A DNA stretch of 64,000 nt, from assembly GCA_951406725.2 (NCBI GenBank), contig OX597830.1, forward strand, positions 63,426,001 through 63,490,000, in the 5' to 3' direction. How positions within the stretch are numbered: position 1 is the stretch's first letter; the number at the start of each line of letters is the position of its first letter. The position numbers were made by a program, and so were the translations under genes. The stretch comes from Octopus vulgaris. Lineage: Eukaryota. Below the pieces are notes generated by a model. It saw only the letters and a program-made list of their open reading frames with translations, was not told where the DNA came from and did not search any database. Below, piece after piece: positions 1-13,026 of the stretch.

Positions 1-1276
1 ACATTATCTTGAGTTGAAAGAGGGGAGGAGAGCATCACAGGAAGGGAGATAATAGTAAGAGAGTTGTGGGGCTTTGGAGCCAATCTGGTTTTTATTAATT
101 CCAAGGACACAGAATTTAATAGTAGGGGAAGGCATTTGTCCCTAAATTTCAACAGATTATATAACTCCCTAATCATTTCAGAACCTCATTAATTAGTTAT
201 ATTTTCTTTGTTCCCAGTTATAATTTATGTAGGTTCCTTTTGTTGAAAGGATATTTTAAACTCTGATGTTGTTTTGTCTATACCTAAGATTTCTGTGTAT
301 TGTTTTAATAATTATTTTAACTACCCTGTAGGCACAGGCATGGGTGTGTGGTTAAGAAGTCCACTTTGCCTCCACTTGGTTTCAGGTTCAGTCCCACTGC
401 ATGGCACAGCAGGCAAGTGTCTTCTACCATAGCCCTGGGTCAGCCAATGCCTTGTGGATGAATGTGGCAGATGGAAATTGTTTGGAAGGCCATTATGTGT
501 GTGTGTGTGCACATTTGTCCTCCACTCCCTTACCGCTTGATAACTGGTGTTGGTTTGTTTACATCCTCGTAACTTAGTTGATTTCATCAAAGGAGACTGA
601 TAGACTAAGTACCAGATTAAAAAAAAGGGAACCATTGAGTACTACTGGGGTCAATTTGTTGAACTGAAACCCTTCAAGGCAGTGCCCCAGTATTGTCACC
701 GGACCCTAATTTCCCTTCACTCTGTGAGTCACTTTTACTTCCTTCTCCTTCATTCTTAATGCTTTCTTTACTCTCTGTTGTCTCTCTGGCTTTTATCCCC
801 CCCACCCCTTCTTTCTCTTTCTTTGTCTTCTTCTCATCCACAACATTAATTTCTCTTTATTTTATGTGTTTGTTGTTAATGCTTTCTCTTCTCTCTTCTT
901 TTATATCTTGCTTTCATCTCAGCTCTTCTAAGTCTGTCTTTGTTCATCTTCTTCACCCCCTCCCCACTCTTGCATGCACATTATTTCCAAGAGGTAGCAA
1001 ATTGGTAGAGTTGTTAGAGCATCATGCAGAATGATTGGTAGTATTTATTCCGGTGCCTTGCATTCTGAGTTCAAATCTCTGTTGAGGTAAACTTTTCTCT
1101 TTATTCTTCTGGAGATAACAAATTAAGCACCATTCTTGGATGGCTGATTGGCAGAAACATTGGAATGTCAGACACGATGTCTTGTGATATTTGTTCCAGT
1201 TCCTTATGTTCAGAATGTCCAAAGTTAAAATCTTATTGTGGCCTTCTTGAATGGTAGACATAATTTGTCACAGGGT

Positions 1277-1517
1277 TTAACTCCCTACCATTTAAACTGA
1301 TCATATCTGGTCCAAATATTCTACATGTTTCTTTAAGGTTCAAACTGGCCAGATCTGTCCTCTCACAGTGTTGACCTACCCTACAATGTCATTCTAAAAA
1401 AAATACGTAATTGCATTGTTGGAATCTCAAGGCTATGAGATAATCCATGATTAATTCAAAGCAATGTGAATAAATAAGCATTATAGTTGACAGAGTAATC
1501 TGAATACTAAAGGGTTA
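1277..1517 (+). mobile_element. Second piggyBac-type MITE family, diverged (relatives at 3105-3305, 14088-14172, 29030-29245, 61063-61172)
   Basis: TTAAC...TAAAGGGTTA ends and a shared internal CTCTCACA...CCTACCCTACAATGTCATTCT. Confidence 0.72.
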
Positions 1518-2364
1518 CCAAACATCATTTGGTCCTTACACCCAACGACCAGATAGTGTTTGGAAACCTTCAAGCCAGGTGACCAGTTTGACAATACCTT
1601 CCTCCCTCTTTCCTTTTCTCTCACTGGTCTTGGAGTCCGTTCTCTCTTAAATGAAAGACCTCTTGGGTTGTTAAAATATTTTAATATTTTCTTCAAAATT
1701 TCTTATCTTTTCCAGGAATGTAGCTTCTTCATTTTGCTGTTATCTTATTTGAATGTTTATTTGATTATTAATTAAGGTTTTAGCCTTTAATTATAGATTC
1801 ATCATCAGCACAATTTAATGTTCACTTTTCTATCTCGCATGAGTCAAACAGAATTTGTTAAGGCAGATTTTAAAAATATTTTTGGGGTGCTCTTCCTGCA
1901 CCAACCCATACCCATTTCCAAGTAGGGTAATCTTTCCGTTTGGTTAGATGGGGTTTTTCACAGAAGACTGCAAAGAGAAAGATGTTGCTTATATGGTGAT
2001 CTCATTCATTTACAGCTGTCACATGTCATGGCAAGGACATCAACACACGCACACAGAGGATGGACTTTTTTCAGTTTCTATTTACCAAATCCATTCACAA
2101 GGCCTTGATCACCCAGGGCTATACTCGAAGACACTTACCCAAGGTACCATGCTGTGGAACTGAACCTGGAACCACATGGTTGTTGCAAACTCATATTGTG
2201 CATGGAAAAGTTGATACAAAACTCATAATAGAAAATCTATATGGAAGATTCTTATCAGAAAGCGTTTTAAATTATGTAACATGTCTGTTGTTATTAGACA
2301 AATTAAATGAATGGTCAAGGAGAATATGTTTATTATCAAAATATATTTTGAACATGGTTATTGT

Positions 2365-2522
2365 AGTGGCTGTGTGGTAAGTAGCTTGCTAACCAACCAC
2401 ATGGTTCCGGGTTCAGTCCCACTGCGTGGCATCTTGGGCAAATGTCTTCTGCTATAGCCCCGGGCCGACAAAATGCCTTGTGAGTGGATTTGGTAGACGG
2501 AAACTGAAAGAAGCCTGTCGTA

Positions 2523-2577
<55 letters not shown>

Positions 2578-2752
2578 ATGTGTTTGTGTGTCTGTGTTTG
2601 TCCCCCTAGCATTGCTTGACAACCGATGCTGGTGTGTTTACGTCCCCGTCACTTAGCGGTTCGGCAAAAGAGACCGATAGAATAAGTACTGGGCTTACAA
2701 AGAATAAGTCCCGGGGTCGATTTGTTCGACTAAAGGTGGTGCTCCAGCATGG
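2365..2752 (+). mobile_element. tRNA-derived SINE family A with an internal (TA)n(TG)n tract
   Basis: A-box TGGCTGTGTGG, B-box GGTTCAGTCCC and a CORE-like CTTGGGCAA segment. More than 20 full or partial copies occur in the window. Confidence 0.88.
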
Positions 2753-3699
2753 TCTATTTTGCCGAACTGCTAAGTTACAGAAATATAAACACACCAGCAC
2801 TGATTGTCAAGTGGTGGTGGGTGTCAAACACCAACACAAAGACATACACATAGATATATACGTATATATACAACAGGCTTCTTTCAGTTTCCATCTACCA
2901 AATCCACTCACAAGTCTTTGGTTGGCTACAGTAGAAGACATTTGCCCAAGTTGTCACACAGAGGGACTGAACCTGGAACCATTGTGGTTGGGTAGCGAGT
3001 TTCTTGGCTGTTACAGACCCCACATTTGTTTATTCCTCTACACTGTTTACTTTGAATTTTGCTGGAAAGCTCTTCACCATCCAGTCAATTAACCATCTTT
3101 ATTTAATCCTTTAACATTTCAACTGGCTGTATCTGGCCCAAATATTCTACATATTTTGTGTTCAAACCAACCAGATCCAGCCTCTCACACCTACCCTAAA
3201 ATGTCATTCTCAAAATATGCAATCCCATCATAGAAATTTCAAAGTGACGAGATAATGCATGATTAATTCTAAACAATGTGAATAAATAAGCATTACATTT
3301 GGCAGGGTGAAGTGGTAGCCATCCAATCTCTTCCCATACATATCATAGCATTACACCTGACGTCTTCTCTGATATATTTTTAGAACTGACTGTTTCTTTC
3401 AAATTTTGACCCTCTTCTCACTGTTTTTGCCAATTATCTTCGTGTTGTAATATATTAGATACTGTATCAATCTCGCCTCTAAACTCTTCTCTAATATGCT
3501 TGCATTTAACAAGCTGAAGAGGACCAGCCTTGAGAATAATTTTCCCTGGTTTGGTTGTCGTACATTTAAACTATGATAATTTATTCATGATGGCTGCACC
3601 TGTGTAAAATATGCATTCACATGGTTTAGCATTTATAATAGCAGAGGGTTGTGATAACAAATGAAATTACCTGCACAAGGTTTCTTAGCCTTGTGTATA

Positions 3700-4645
3700 A
3701 GCTGCAAAAGTACTCTGACTCATTAAGGGTTGTTCTGCAACATCAGCAGCTATGGAGGCGTAATGGCCCAGTGGTTAGGGCAGCGGACTTGCGGTCGTAA
3801 GACCGCAGGTTCTATTCCCAGGCTGGGTATTGTGAGTGTTTATTGAACAAAAACACTTAAGCTCCACGAAGCTCCAGCGGGGATGGTGGTGAACCCCACT
3901 GTACTCTTTCACCACAACTTTCTCTCACTCTTTCTTCCTACTTCTGCCATGAAACAGAGGAACCATGGTGTAACCCACTATGGTGTGGTAAACTTTCAGA
4001 CCCTAGTCTAGATTGCGAATCCTCTGTACCACAGGATGGTTCAGCTCTCCACCCGTTAAAAGCCACTGTTTACAGAATGAGGATAACAACGTAGCTTTCG
4101 CGCCCGTGCAACCACCAGTCTATCGCGTGTAATGGGTGGATCTTCAAGTTGCCACACGCATTCTTAGTAGGTTAGAGTAGGCTCGAATTAGAGATTAATT
4201 CTTTGTGGCTAATGGCGTGAGTCCTGATTGGAGGAAGAAGAAGGAGGAAGACATCTGCTGCCTTACAACAAGGATTACTTTCAACAATCTGCTTAACAGC
4301 CTGAAGACACATGTTAGAAGAGGACTCAAGTCAACCTGAGCTGGATGCTGTTGGTTCCTTTCCTTTGCTGGTGAATTGTACAATCACTCGATTGACTGTA
4401 CCAAGGGGAATCCCATGCTTCTGTGTAATCTTACGCTGGATTTACCCTTAATGCATTCTCTTTGGAAACCAGAGAATACTTTTGCTTCTTGTGTCCACTG
4501 CATGGCCAGTTGCTAAAAACAGTTAAGAAACTATTATCTGCAATGAAAAATAAGAACACATTAACAAGTTTGAAACAACAGGTTATGTCTGCACAGATAA
4601 TACAGTATAACGAGAGGTGTCTATTTACTTTTGTGATGCTTATGT
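3700..4645 (-). mobile_element. Tc1-like 5' remnant split by the SINE D insertion
   Basis: Minus-strand [21 protein letters not shown]...SG*...AVKQIVESNP resembles a Tc1 HTH region and continues as AADVAEQ left of 3752. Confidence 0.6.
3753..4250 (+). mobile_element. tRNA-derived SINE family D, long-tail variant ending in (GAA/GGA)n
   Basis: Head TGGCCCAGTGGTTAGGGCAGCGGAC...GGTTCTATTCC is shared with 4866-5050. Diverged direct repeats ACATCAGCAGCT (3740) and ACATCTGCTGCC (4251) flank it. Confidence 0.75.
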
Positions 4646-4662
4646 ATATATGCACATAGACA

Positions 4663-4666
4663 TGTG

Positions 4667-4709
<43 letters not shown>

Positions 4710-4743
4710 TATATATGCACACACTTGTATATATGTGTATATA

Positions 4744-4781
<38 letters not shown>

Positions 4782-4862
4782 CACACACACACACACATGC
4801 ATATATATATATATATATATATATACATGCATATATATATATATATACATACATACATATAT
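4663..4862. repeat. Compound (TA)n/(CA)n microsatellite
   Basis: Seen directly. Confidence 0.95.
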
Positions 4863-4865
4863 GTG

Positions 4866-5118
4866 CAGGCGCAATGGCCCAGTGGTTAGGGCAGTGGACT
4901 CGCGGTTGTAGGATCGCGGTTTTGACTCCCAGACTGGGCGTTGTGAGTGTTTATTGTGCAAAAATACTTTAAAGCTCCACAAGACTCCAGCAGGGGGTGG
5001 TGACGATCCCTGCTGTACTCTTTCCACACAACTTTCTCTCACTCTTTTTTCTGTTGGCCTGCTTCCTTAGCCACCAGGGTGGCGTCATTTGAAGGCTAAA
5101 ACAATGTGTAGCAACATC
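4866..5118 (+). mobile_element. SINE family D, short-tail variant
   Basis: Same head. Its tail GGCCTGCT..TTAGCCA.CAGGGTGGCGTCATT.GAAGGCTAAAAC also occurs at 6421-6541 and 62977-63200 (-). Confidence 0.8.
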
Positions 5119-5275
5119 GATTCCTCTGTGGTGTTGTTTGGCATTTATAATAAAATATATACAAATTATAAAAACAATAAAAAATTATACAGTACACACG
5201 GATTTCTACCTATTGTGGGGAGTTTTGGATTGTAACACCTGCGTTAGTCATGGGATTACAGTATATATATTAAAT

Positions 5276-5427
5276 GTGGTTGGCATTAGGAAGGGCATCC
5301 AGCTGTAGAAACTCTGCCAGATCAAGATTGGAGCCTGGTGCAGCCATCTGGTTCGCCAGTCCTCAGTCAAATTGTCCAACCCATGCTAGCATGGAAAGCG
5401 GACGTTAAACGATGATGATGATGATGA
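5276..5427 (+). mobile_element. RTE LINE 3' tail
   Basis: GGTTGGCATTAGGAAGGGCATCCAGCTGTAGAAAC...CCATGCTAGCATGGAAAGCGGACGTTAAACGATGATG. Confidence 0.85.
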
Positions 5428-6154
5428 TATATATATATATATATAAATGTAGGATAATGGTACAATAATGCACCAATATTTACTAGAAATAACAGTTGAT
5501 AATATACAATGCTATAGTAAAGCTTTACTGTATATATTATGTATACTGGCAAAATGTTTGTGGGTGGCGAGCATAAAAAATTTTATCTTCTCTGTAAGAA
5601 GAAAGTTAAATAAATGTACAACCCAGATGTGGATAATGTAGGACCTAGGTTTCAAACTTTCCAAATTGCGTTTGTTAACATAAATTTGATTAGTTCTGTC
5701 TGGCTAGTTTCACCTAGACTAAATTTCAAATGTCGCTACATATATATATATATATATATACACATAAACACACATACGTGTATATGTTTGATTATTGAGA
5801 AATAAGACATTAAATGAAAACAGTTGAAGGTTGGCAACAGGTAGGGCATCCAGCTGTAGAAAATCTACCTCATGAAATTCCATCTGACCTAATGCAGGCA
5901 TGAAAATATAAGATGTTAAATATTGGTTTCACAGTTTGGCTCAAGGCCAGCAACTTTGTGGGAAGGGGTAAGTCAGTTGCATCTACCCCCAGTACTCAAC
6001 TGGTACTTATTTTATTGGCCTCAAAAGGATAGAAATGCAAAGTCGATCTCAGTGGAATTTGAACTCTGAACGCAAAGACGGATGAAATGCTACTAAGCTC
6101 TTTGCCTAGTGTGCCAACGATGCTGCCAGCTCACTGCCTTCATAGACATTAAAT

Positions 6155-6384
6155 ACTCTCTCTTTACTCTTTTACATGTTTCAGTCATTTGACTGTGGCC
6201 ATGCTGGAGCATCGCCTTTAATCGAGCAACTCAACCCCAGGACTTATTCTTTTGTAAGCCCAGTACTTATTCTATTGGTCTCCTTTGCCGAACTGCTAAG
6301 TAACGGGGACATAAACACACCAGCATCGGTTGTCAAGCAATGCTAGGGGGACAAACACAGACACACACACAAACACACAGAGGC

Positions 6385-6421
<37 letters not shown>

Positions 6422-6716
6422 TTGGCCTGCTCGCTTAGCCAGCAGGGTGGCGTCATTCGAAGGCTAAAACAATGCGAACGCATTGTGACCAGCGATGTGT
6501 AACAACATCTGATGGTCTGGTCGGTCACGTGATCACGTGATATACATATATACGACGAGCTTCTTTCAGTGTCCGTCTACCAAATCCACTCACAAGGCTT
6601 TGGTCGGCCTGAGGCTATAGTAGAAGACACTTGCCCAAGGTGCCGCGCAGTGGGACTGAACCCAGAACCATGTGGTTGGTAAACAAGCTACTTACCACAC
6701 AGGCACTCCTGCGCCT
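6155..6716 (-). mobile_element. SINE family A with a family D tail nested at 6421-6541
   Basis: Reverse complement of the family A consensus. Confidence 0.87.
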
Positions 6717-7188
6717 ATATAGATGATGATGATGATAATATATTTATTTGTATATATTCATACAGAAGCAATTTAGGTTTCCTGCTCTTCAGTCTACAGC
6801 TGTGACCACCACTTGTAGTTTGCTTCTAGAGATACAGAAGGCTTTGCTACTCCTTACAATGTCCTATCTCAGGTTCCGCCACTACAACGTGACAAGTGAT
6901 TATACTCAATGTAAGAGGCCTTTGTCCAAGGCTTATTCTTCAAATGGGTGTGCTGATGGTTAATTGTGGAATATTGTCTTAATTTCAGTTCATGTGTAAT
7001 TGATGTTTGCAATTTTTTACTGCATTAAAATAAATAGATGTATAAGACTTGCATACAACTCTTGCCTCCAATTCTATTTTCCTTGTGTGTGTGTGTGTGT
7101 GTGCATAAATCTGTCCTTGTTTCTTCGTGTCTGTCTTTCTATCATCTATCTGTCCGGATGTTGCATTCTTGTTCAATCCTTTGGATTT

Positions 7189-7448
7189 CATCGTTTAGCG
7201 TCCGCTTTCCATGCTAGCATGGGTTGGACGGGTCAACTGGGGTCTGTGAAGCTGGAAGGCTTCGTCAGGCCCAGTCAGATCTGGCAGTGTTTCTACGGCT
7301 GGATGCCCTTCCTAACGCCAACCACTCCGCGAGTGTAGTGGGTGTTTTTTACGTGCCACCTGCACAGGTGCCAGACAGAGCTGGCGAACGGCCACGAACG
7401 GATGGTGCTTTTACGTGTCACCGGCACGGGGCCAGGCGATGCTGGCAA
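7189..7448 (-). mobile_element. RTE LINE 3' tail
   Basis: Reverse complement of the RTE tail consensus. Confidence 0.85.
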
Positions 7449-7883
7449 CATATATTCATAATACATACAGCAGCTCATGTACACTTTTGCTCTCCTTATA
7501 TCATCATCATCATCATCATTGTTGATGTTTAACGTCCGCTTTCCATGCTGGCATGGGGTAGATTGTTTGACTTTCCTTCTCTTTTTCTTTAACACTTTTT
7601 TCAGATACAAACACACACACACACTCTCTCTCTCTCACTTTCTCCCTATTCCTCACCCTCTTGTACTATCTTATATCTCTCCCCACCCCTACACACTCAA
7701 TAATACTATAAAAAGAGTCAAAATTCCTGCAAAAGTTCAATTTGAAAACTCCACTAGAGTGGACGAAAGCGCTAATATATGATATATGATGTATAAAAAC
7801 ATGTAACATACTAATAAATATCTGTAAATATAAAACCATCCAGATTTCTGAATACCTCATTTCTTCTAATATATATATATTCT

Positions 7884-7937
7884 AACAAAAACTGTCTGAT
7901 GAACGGCAACGAGAAACTCAGAGTAACAGATTTTGTT
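7884..7937 (+). ncRNA. Minimal type I hammerhead ribozyme motif (Penelope-like)
   Basis: Stem I AACAAAAACTGT/ACAGATTTTGTT (11/12 bp), CTGATGA 7896-7902, stem II CG-GCAA-CG, GAAA 7913-7916, quasi-palindromic stem III ACTC-A-GAGT and GTA cleavage triplet 7923-7925. Confidence 0.72.
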
Positions 7938-8171
7938 GAGTTTTCTGCTGCTTTAAATAAAGTATACATATATATATACACTCTCTTTTACTTGTTTCAG
8001 TCATTTGATTGTGGCCATGCTGGAGCACTGCCTTTAGTCGAGCAAATTGACTCCAGGACTTATTCTTTGTATGCCTAGCAAAAGACACTTGTGCAAAGTG
8101 TCACGCAGTGGGACTTAACCCAGAACCATGTGGTCATGAAGCAAACTTCTTCCCACACATCCATATCTGTG

Positions 8172-8212
<41 letters not shown>

Positions 8213-8265
8213 ATGTTTGTATGTATGTATGTGTGTGTATATATATGTATGTATATATGTATATC

Positions 8266-8312
<47 letters not shown>

Positions 8313-8894
8313 TATGTGGTTAGGAAGTTGACTTCTGAATACCTGCTGCTCTTTGTTCTTTTACTAGCTTCAGCTCAAGGGCTGTGGCCATGCTGGGGCA
8401 TTGCCAACTTGAAATATATTTCTGGTTTCAAGCATCCTGAGATTCGAACCTGGAATTGTCTGACCCATAGTCAGTTGTTTTGTCCGTTGTGTCACAAGCC
8501 ACGTATAACTCATTTCTGTGCATATCTCAGTTGTAACAGAATTACTGTGCGTCTCTCTCTCTCTCTCTCTCTCTGCTTGCTGTAAGAGAAAGGCCAAAAG
8601 GATTGGTGACAGAAGAGCGTCTTGCTGTAACACACCACACTCGCATGAGAAAACCACTCGTAAAGCAATGATGTGGTGGTGGTGGTGGTGGTGGTGAGGT
8701 CACATGTGTATTTGTTAGAAACCGATGCCCACTTTTGTAGCCACTTGGATCTTCTTATGTCTGAACATTAGTTCTGGCGGCGAGAGCGGAAATCGTCGTC
8801 GTCATCATCATCATCATCATCATTGGTAATAGGAATAACCTCTACTGTATGTACTGAGTACTTTTACTCCAGTTTGCACATTCACACCCATCCA

Positions 8895-8928
8895 TGCACA
8901 CATACACACGTATATATAGATGTATGTC

Positions 8929-8968
<40 letters not shown>

Positions 8969-9093
8969 CACTCATGTATACATCTATATATACAGATCTA
9001 CATCTACAATATATGTATATATACATACACACATATACACAACTATATATATATAGATATGTATACACACATATGCACATCATACACATGCAT

Positions 9094-9144
<51 letters not shown>

Positions 9145-9300
9145 TGTATACATACATGTATATAGATGCATACAAACTTAAACATACATGTAAATGTCCT
9201 ACATGTCTATAATATATATGACTGAACGTTGTTGAACCCTTGTGTGATTCTATGTAACACTATGTGTCTATGTATGTATATATGCATGTGTGTATATACA

Positions 9301-9344
<44 letters not shown>

Positions 9345-9395
9345 TATATGTGTGTATACACACACACACACATACACATGCTCTTGTATATGTAT
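8895..9395. repeat. Degenerate (TA)n/(CA)n/(TG)n tract
   Basis: Seen directly. Confidence 0.9.
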
Positions 9396-9881
9396 ATTGT
9401 CCTTTGAAATTAATGACACAGCTTAAGTTGCAGTGTTTTCTATTTTTATATTTCCTTCTGATATCTAATACTGTTTTCACCATTTATGAGCCATTGTTAT
9501 TTCTGTCTCTCTTATTTATTCAAATATTCGTCTGGAATATTGGCAGATAGGCCTCTTATATATCCCCATTCTCTTCTCCGTTGCCTAATTATGCTGCTTT
9601 TTAGCACTTTTATTTTTTAAACCATAATTCTCTCCTAAATCTCTCTTACTCATAACTTGTCAAACTACACTCACAAATCCACCAATTTTCATTTGAGATT
9701 TTCGTCACTCAAACTTGCCTCATAAAATGTGTGTGAGAGGTTATATTAACCTCATAAAGGGATGGTTTCATCGAAGGAAATACTGGTTCTATACCTAGTA
9801 TTTTAGGGGAATGAATTTCCTGAAAATAATAAGTATATATATATATATATACACACACACATATATATACATATATATATA

Positions 9882-10160
9882 TCATCATCATCATCGTTTA
9901 ACGTCCGTTCTCCATGCTAGCATGGGTTGGACAGTTCGACCGGGGATCTGGGAAGCCAGAAGGCTGCACCAGGCTCCGGTCTTATCTGGCAATGTTTCTA
10001 CAGCTGGATGCCCTTCCTAACGCCAACCACTCCGCGAGTGTAGTGGGTGCTTTTTACGTGCCACCCACACAGGTGCCAGGTGAGGCTGGCAACGGCCACA
10101 GTCGGATTGGTGCAACTTACGTGCCACTGGCACGGAAGCCAGTCGAGGCGGCGCTGACAT
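9882..10160 (-). mobile_element. RTE LINE 3' tail
   Basis: Near-identical to 11016-11258 and 30223-30505. Confidence 0.87.
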
Positions 10161-10324
10161 ATATATATATATATATACACACATATATGTAAAAACATAT
10201 AGTTTATATTCATATAAAAGAAGGAAAAGAAAATGGAGATTGGGAAGATGATAATTGTTTATTGTTAACAGCAAATTAATCCTCTTCATTTACAGCTGTT
10301 TCAGTTAATACTTAGGAAATATTA

Positions 10325-10702
10325 GGAGTGGCTGTGTGGTAAGTAGCTTGCTAACCAACCACATGGTTCTGGGTTCAGTCCCACTGCGTGGCATCTTGGG
10401 CAAGTGTCTTCCACTATAGCCTCGGGCCGACCAATGCCTTGTGAGTGGATTTGGTAGACAGAAACTGAAAGAAGCCTGTCGTATATATGTATATATATAT
10501 ATGTATGTGTGTGTATATGTGTGTGTGTGTCTGTGTTTGTCCCCCTAGCATTGCTTGACAACCGATGCTAGTGTGTTTACGTCCCTGTCACTTAGCGGTT
10601 CGGCAAAAGAGACCGATAGAATAAGTCCTGGGGTCGATTTGCTCGACTAAAGGTGGTGCTCCAGCATGGCCGCAGTCAAATGACTGAAACAAGTATAAAA
10701 GA
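10325..10702 (+). mobile_element. SINE family A inserted in one arm of an inverted-repeat element
   Basis: Family A consensus from GGAGTGGCTGTGTGG to GACTGAAACAAGTA. Confidence 0.9.
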
Positions 10703-10806
10703 TAAAAAAAAAAAAAGATTAAATTTATATTTATATGACCTGAGCATAATATCTTCTGTCTATATAATGAATGCATAAATACATATAAAACATCCAAGGT
10801 TATATT

Positions 10807-10902
10807 TTCCCCCCCCTCTGAAGATATACTCACGTCATATAAATATAAATCTAATTTTTACTTAATATTTACTGAGTATTAATTGAAACAGCTGTAAGGG
10901 AA
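10807..10902 (+). ncRNA. Type I hammerhead ribozyme motif with a long stem II loop (Penelope-like)
   Basis: CCCT/AGGG stem I, CTGAAGA 10818-10824, ATACTCA/TGAGTAT stem II, GAAA 10885-10888, palindromic ACAGCTGT stem III and GTA 10894-10896. Confidence 0.65.
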
Positions 10903-10962
10903 GATGATAAATTTGCTGTTAATAATAGACAATTATTAACTTCTCAATCTTTTTCTTCTTTT

Positions 10963-11015
<53 letters not shown>

Positions 11016-11018
<3 letters not shown>

Positions 11019-11258
11019 TCATCATCATCATCATCGTTTAACGTCCGTTCTCCATGCTAGCATGGGTTGGACGGTTCGACCGGGGATCTGGGAAGCCAGA
11101 AGGCTGCACTAGGCTCCAGTCTTATCTGGCAATGTTTCTACAGCTGGATGCCCTTCCTAACGCCAACCACTCCGTGAGTGTACTGGGTGCTTTTTACGTG
11201 CCACCTGCACAGGTGCCAGGCGACGCTGGCAACGGCCACGGTTGGATTGGTGTATTTT
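11016..11258 (-). mobile_element. RTE LINE 3' tail
   Basis: Near-identical to 9882-10120. Confidence 0.87.
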
Positions 11259-11546
11259 ATACACCAATCCGACCGTGTATATATATATATATACACACAC
11301 AGACACACAGACACACATATACGTATATATTGCTTGTTTCAGTCATTTCACTGTGACCCTGTTGGGGCACCACTTTGACTTGTTTGTTTTTTAAGCCTGT
11401 GACTTATTCTATCTGCCTCTTTTTGCCGAATTGCATAGTTATGGGGATATAAACATACCAACACTGGTTGTCAAGCAAAGGCGGGGGAACAAACACAAAC
11501 ATACACATAAACATATACATATACAATGGGCTTACATATACAGATG

Positions 11547-11793
11547 TGGAGGTGCGTGGCTTGGTGATTAGGGTGTTGAACTCATGATCGTAAGGTTGTG
11601 GTTTCAATTCCTGGACCGGGTAATGCGTTGTGTTCTTGAGCAAAACACTTCATTTTCACATTACTCCAGTCCACTCAGCTGGCAAAAATGAGTAATCCTC
11701 CGATGGATTGGCGTCCCATCCAGATGGGGAATTTCTACGCCACTGAAACCGGGAAACCGGTCCCTATGAGCCTGACATGGCTCAAGAAGGAAC
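11547..11793 (+). mobile_element. tRNA-derived SINE with CORE-like and V-like segments
   Basis: tRNA-like head, TGTGTTCTTGAGCAAAACACTT and CCGATGGATTGGCGTCCCATCCAG (resembles the V-SINE domain, from recall). Confidence 0.7.
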
Positions 11794-12821
11794 ATATACA
11801 GACAATGATACACACACACACACACACACGATGGGCCTCTATCAGTTTCTGTCTACCAAATCCACTCAGAGGGCTTCAGTTGGCCTAAGGCTATAATAGA
11901 AGACACTTACTCAAGGTGCCACTGAACCCAGGTGAGACTGAACCCAGACCCATGTGGTTAGGATGCAACCTCCTGACTACACAGATGTGGCCGGTTTAAA
12001 TGTTAAAAGATTAAGTGACAGCCGAGATTCAAGAACCATGTAGAAAAGTTGTCAATGACTTTTGCTCTATAAGGAGTGAAGGACTTAAGTATTATGAATC
12101 GTTAGAACTTCAGACAAAATGCCTTGTAGTATTCTAGCACTTTATGTTCTGCATTCAAATACCATCAAGACTAATTTTGCCTTTTATCCTTCCAGGGTTG
12201 ATAAAATAGTACCAGTTCAAATACTGGGGGGTTGATGATCTCAACTATAACTAACACTCTCCTTTCAAAATTGCTGGGATTTTGCTTACATTAGAAACGG
12301 TTATTAAGTTAAAGTATTTCATTGTTGGTCAAAACTCTTGCTGACCAAACATGGACATTGCTATGTTGGTATGCCACTAAGTAGATATCCTGTTGACATA
12401 AAGGTCCACTTATATATATGGTGACAAAAGCACATATACGTGTATGGATGTGTGTATGCATTGTAGTAATATTCTTCATAATATTAAAAAAATTGTTTTA
12501 CTTCACGTCCAATGGCAGTTGCCATCTTTACTGAGTAAGACATATTTTTATTAATACCTTCTAACTGTATTCAGTTAGTTTACCAACTTCATTTTGATAC
12601 AAAATACAATAAGTTGTGGTTCATTTTGTTTTTGCAGGCAGATGAGGAAGAACAGTTAAGCTAAGATTTTATATATATATATGGCTGTATGTGTGTGTAT
12701 GAATACCTTGAAACAGCTGTAAGGGACTATGTTTGATTTTTGCTGATAATAAATCTTTATTAAATGCTTTATCTCCATTTTCTTATTTTTAATATATTTA
12801 TATATATGTGTGTGTGTGTAT

Positions 12822-13025
12822 CACATAAAAAGTGTCAGATGTGCTGTGCAAGAGAGACGACTGCGCTAGTATGGTCATATGTTGTGTATGGATGAGGATA
12901 GCTGTGTGAAGAAGTGTCACACCCCAACAGTGGAGGGAACCTGTGGAAGGCATGGTATGGGGTGGTGAAGCACGACTTTCAAATGTTGGGCCTCACAGAG
13001 ACAATGACAAGCGACCAAGACCTTT
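12822..13025 (+). pseudogene. Decayed RTE LINE ORF fragment
   Basis: Translates VQERRLR*YGHMLCMDEDSCVKKC...VVKHDFQMLGLTETMTSDQDL, homologous to 31045-31450. Confidence 0.85.
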
Positions 13026-13026
13026 A

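Noticed and set aside
12638-12664. Possible terminal exon ADEEEQLS* after TTTTTGCAG
   Set aside because: Too short and unsupported. Such acceptors arise by chance in T-rich DNA.
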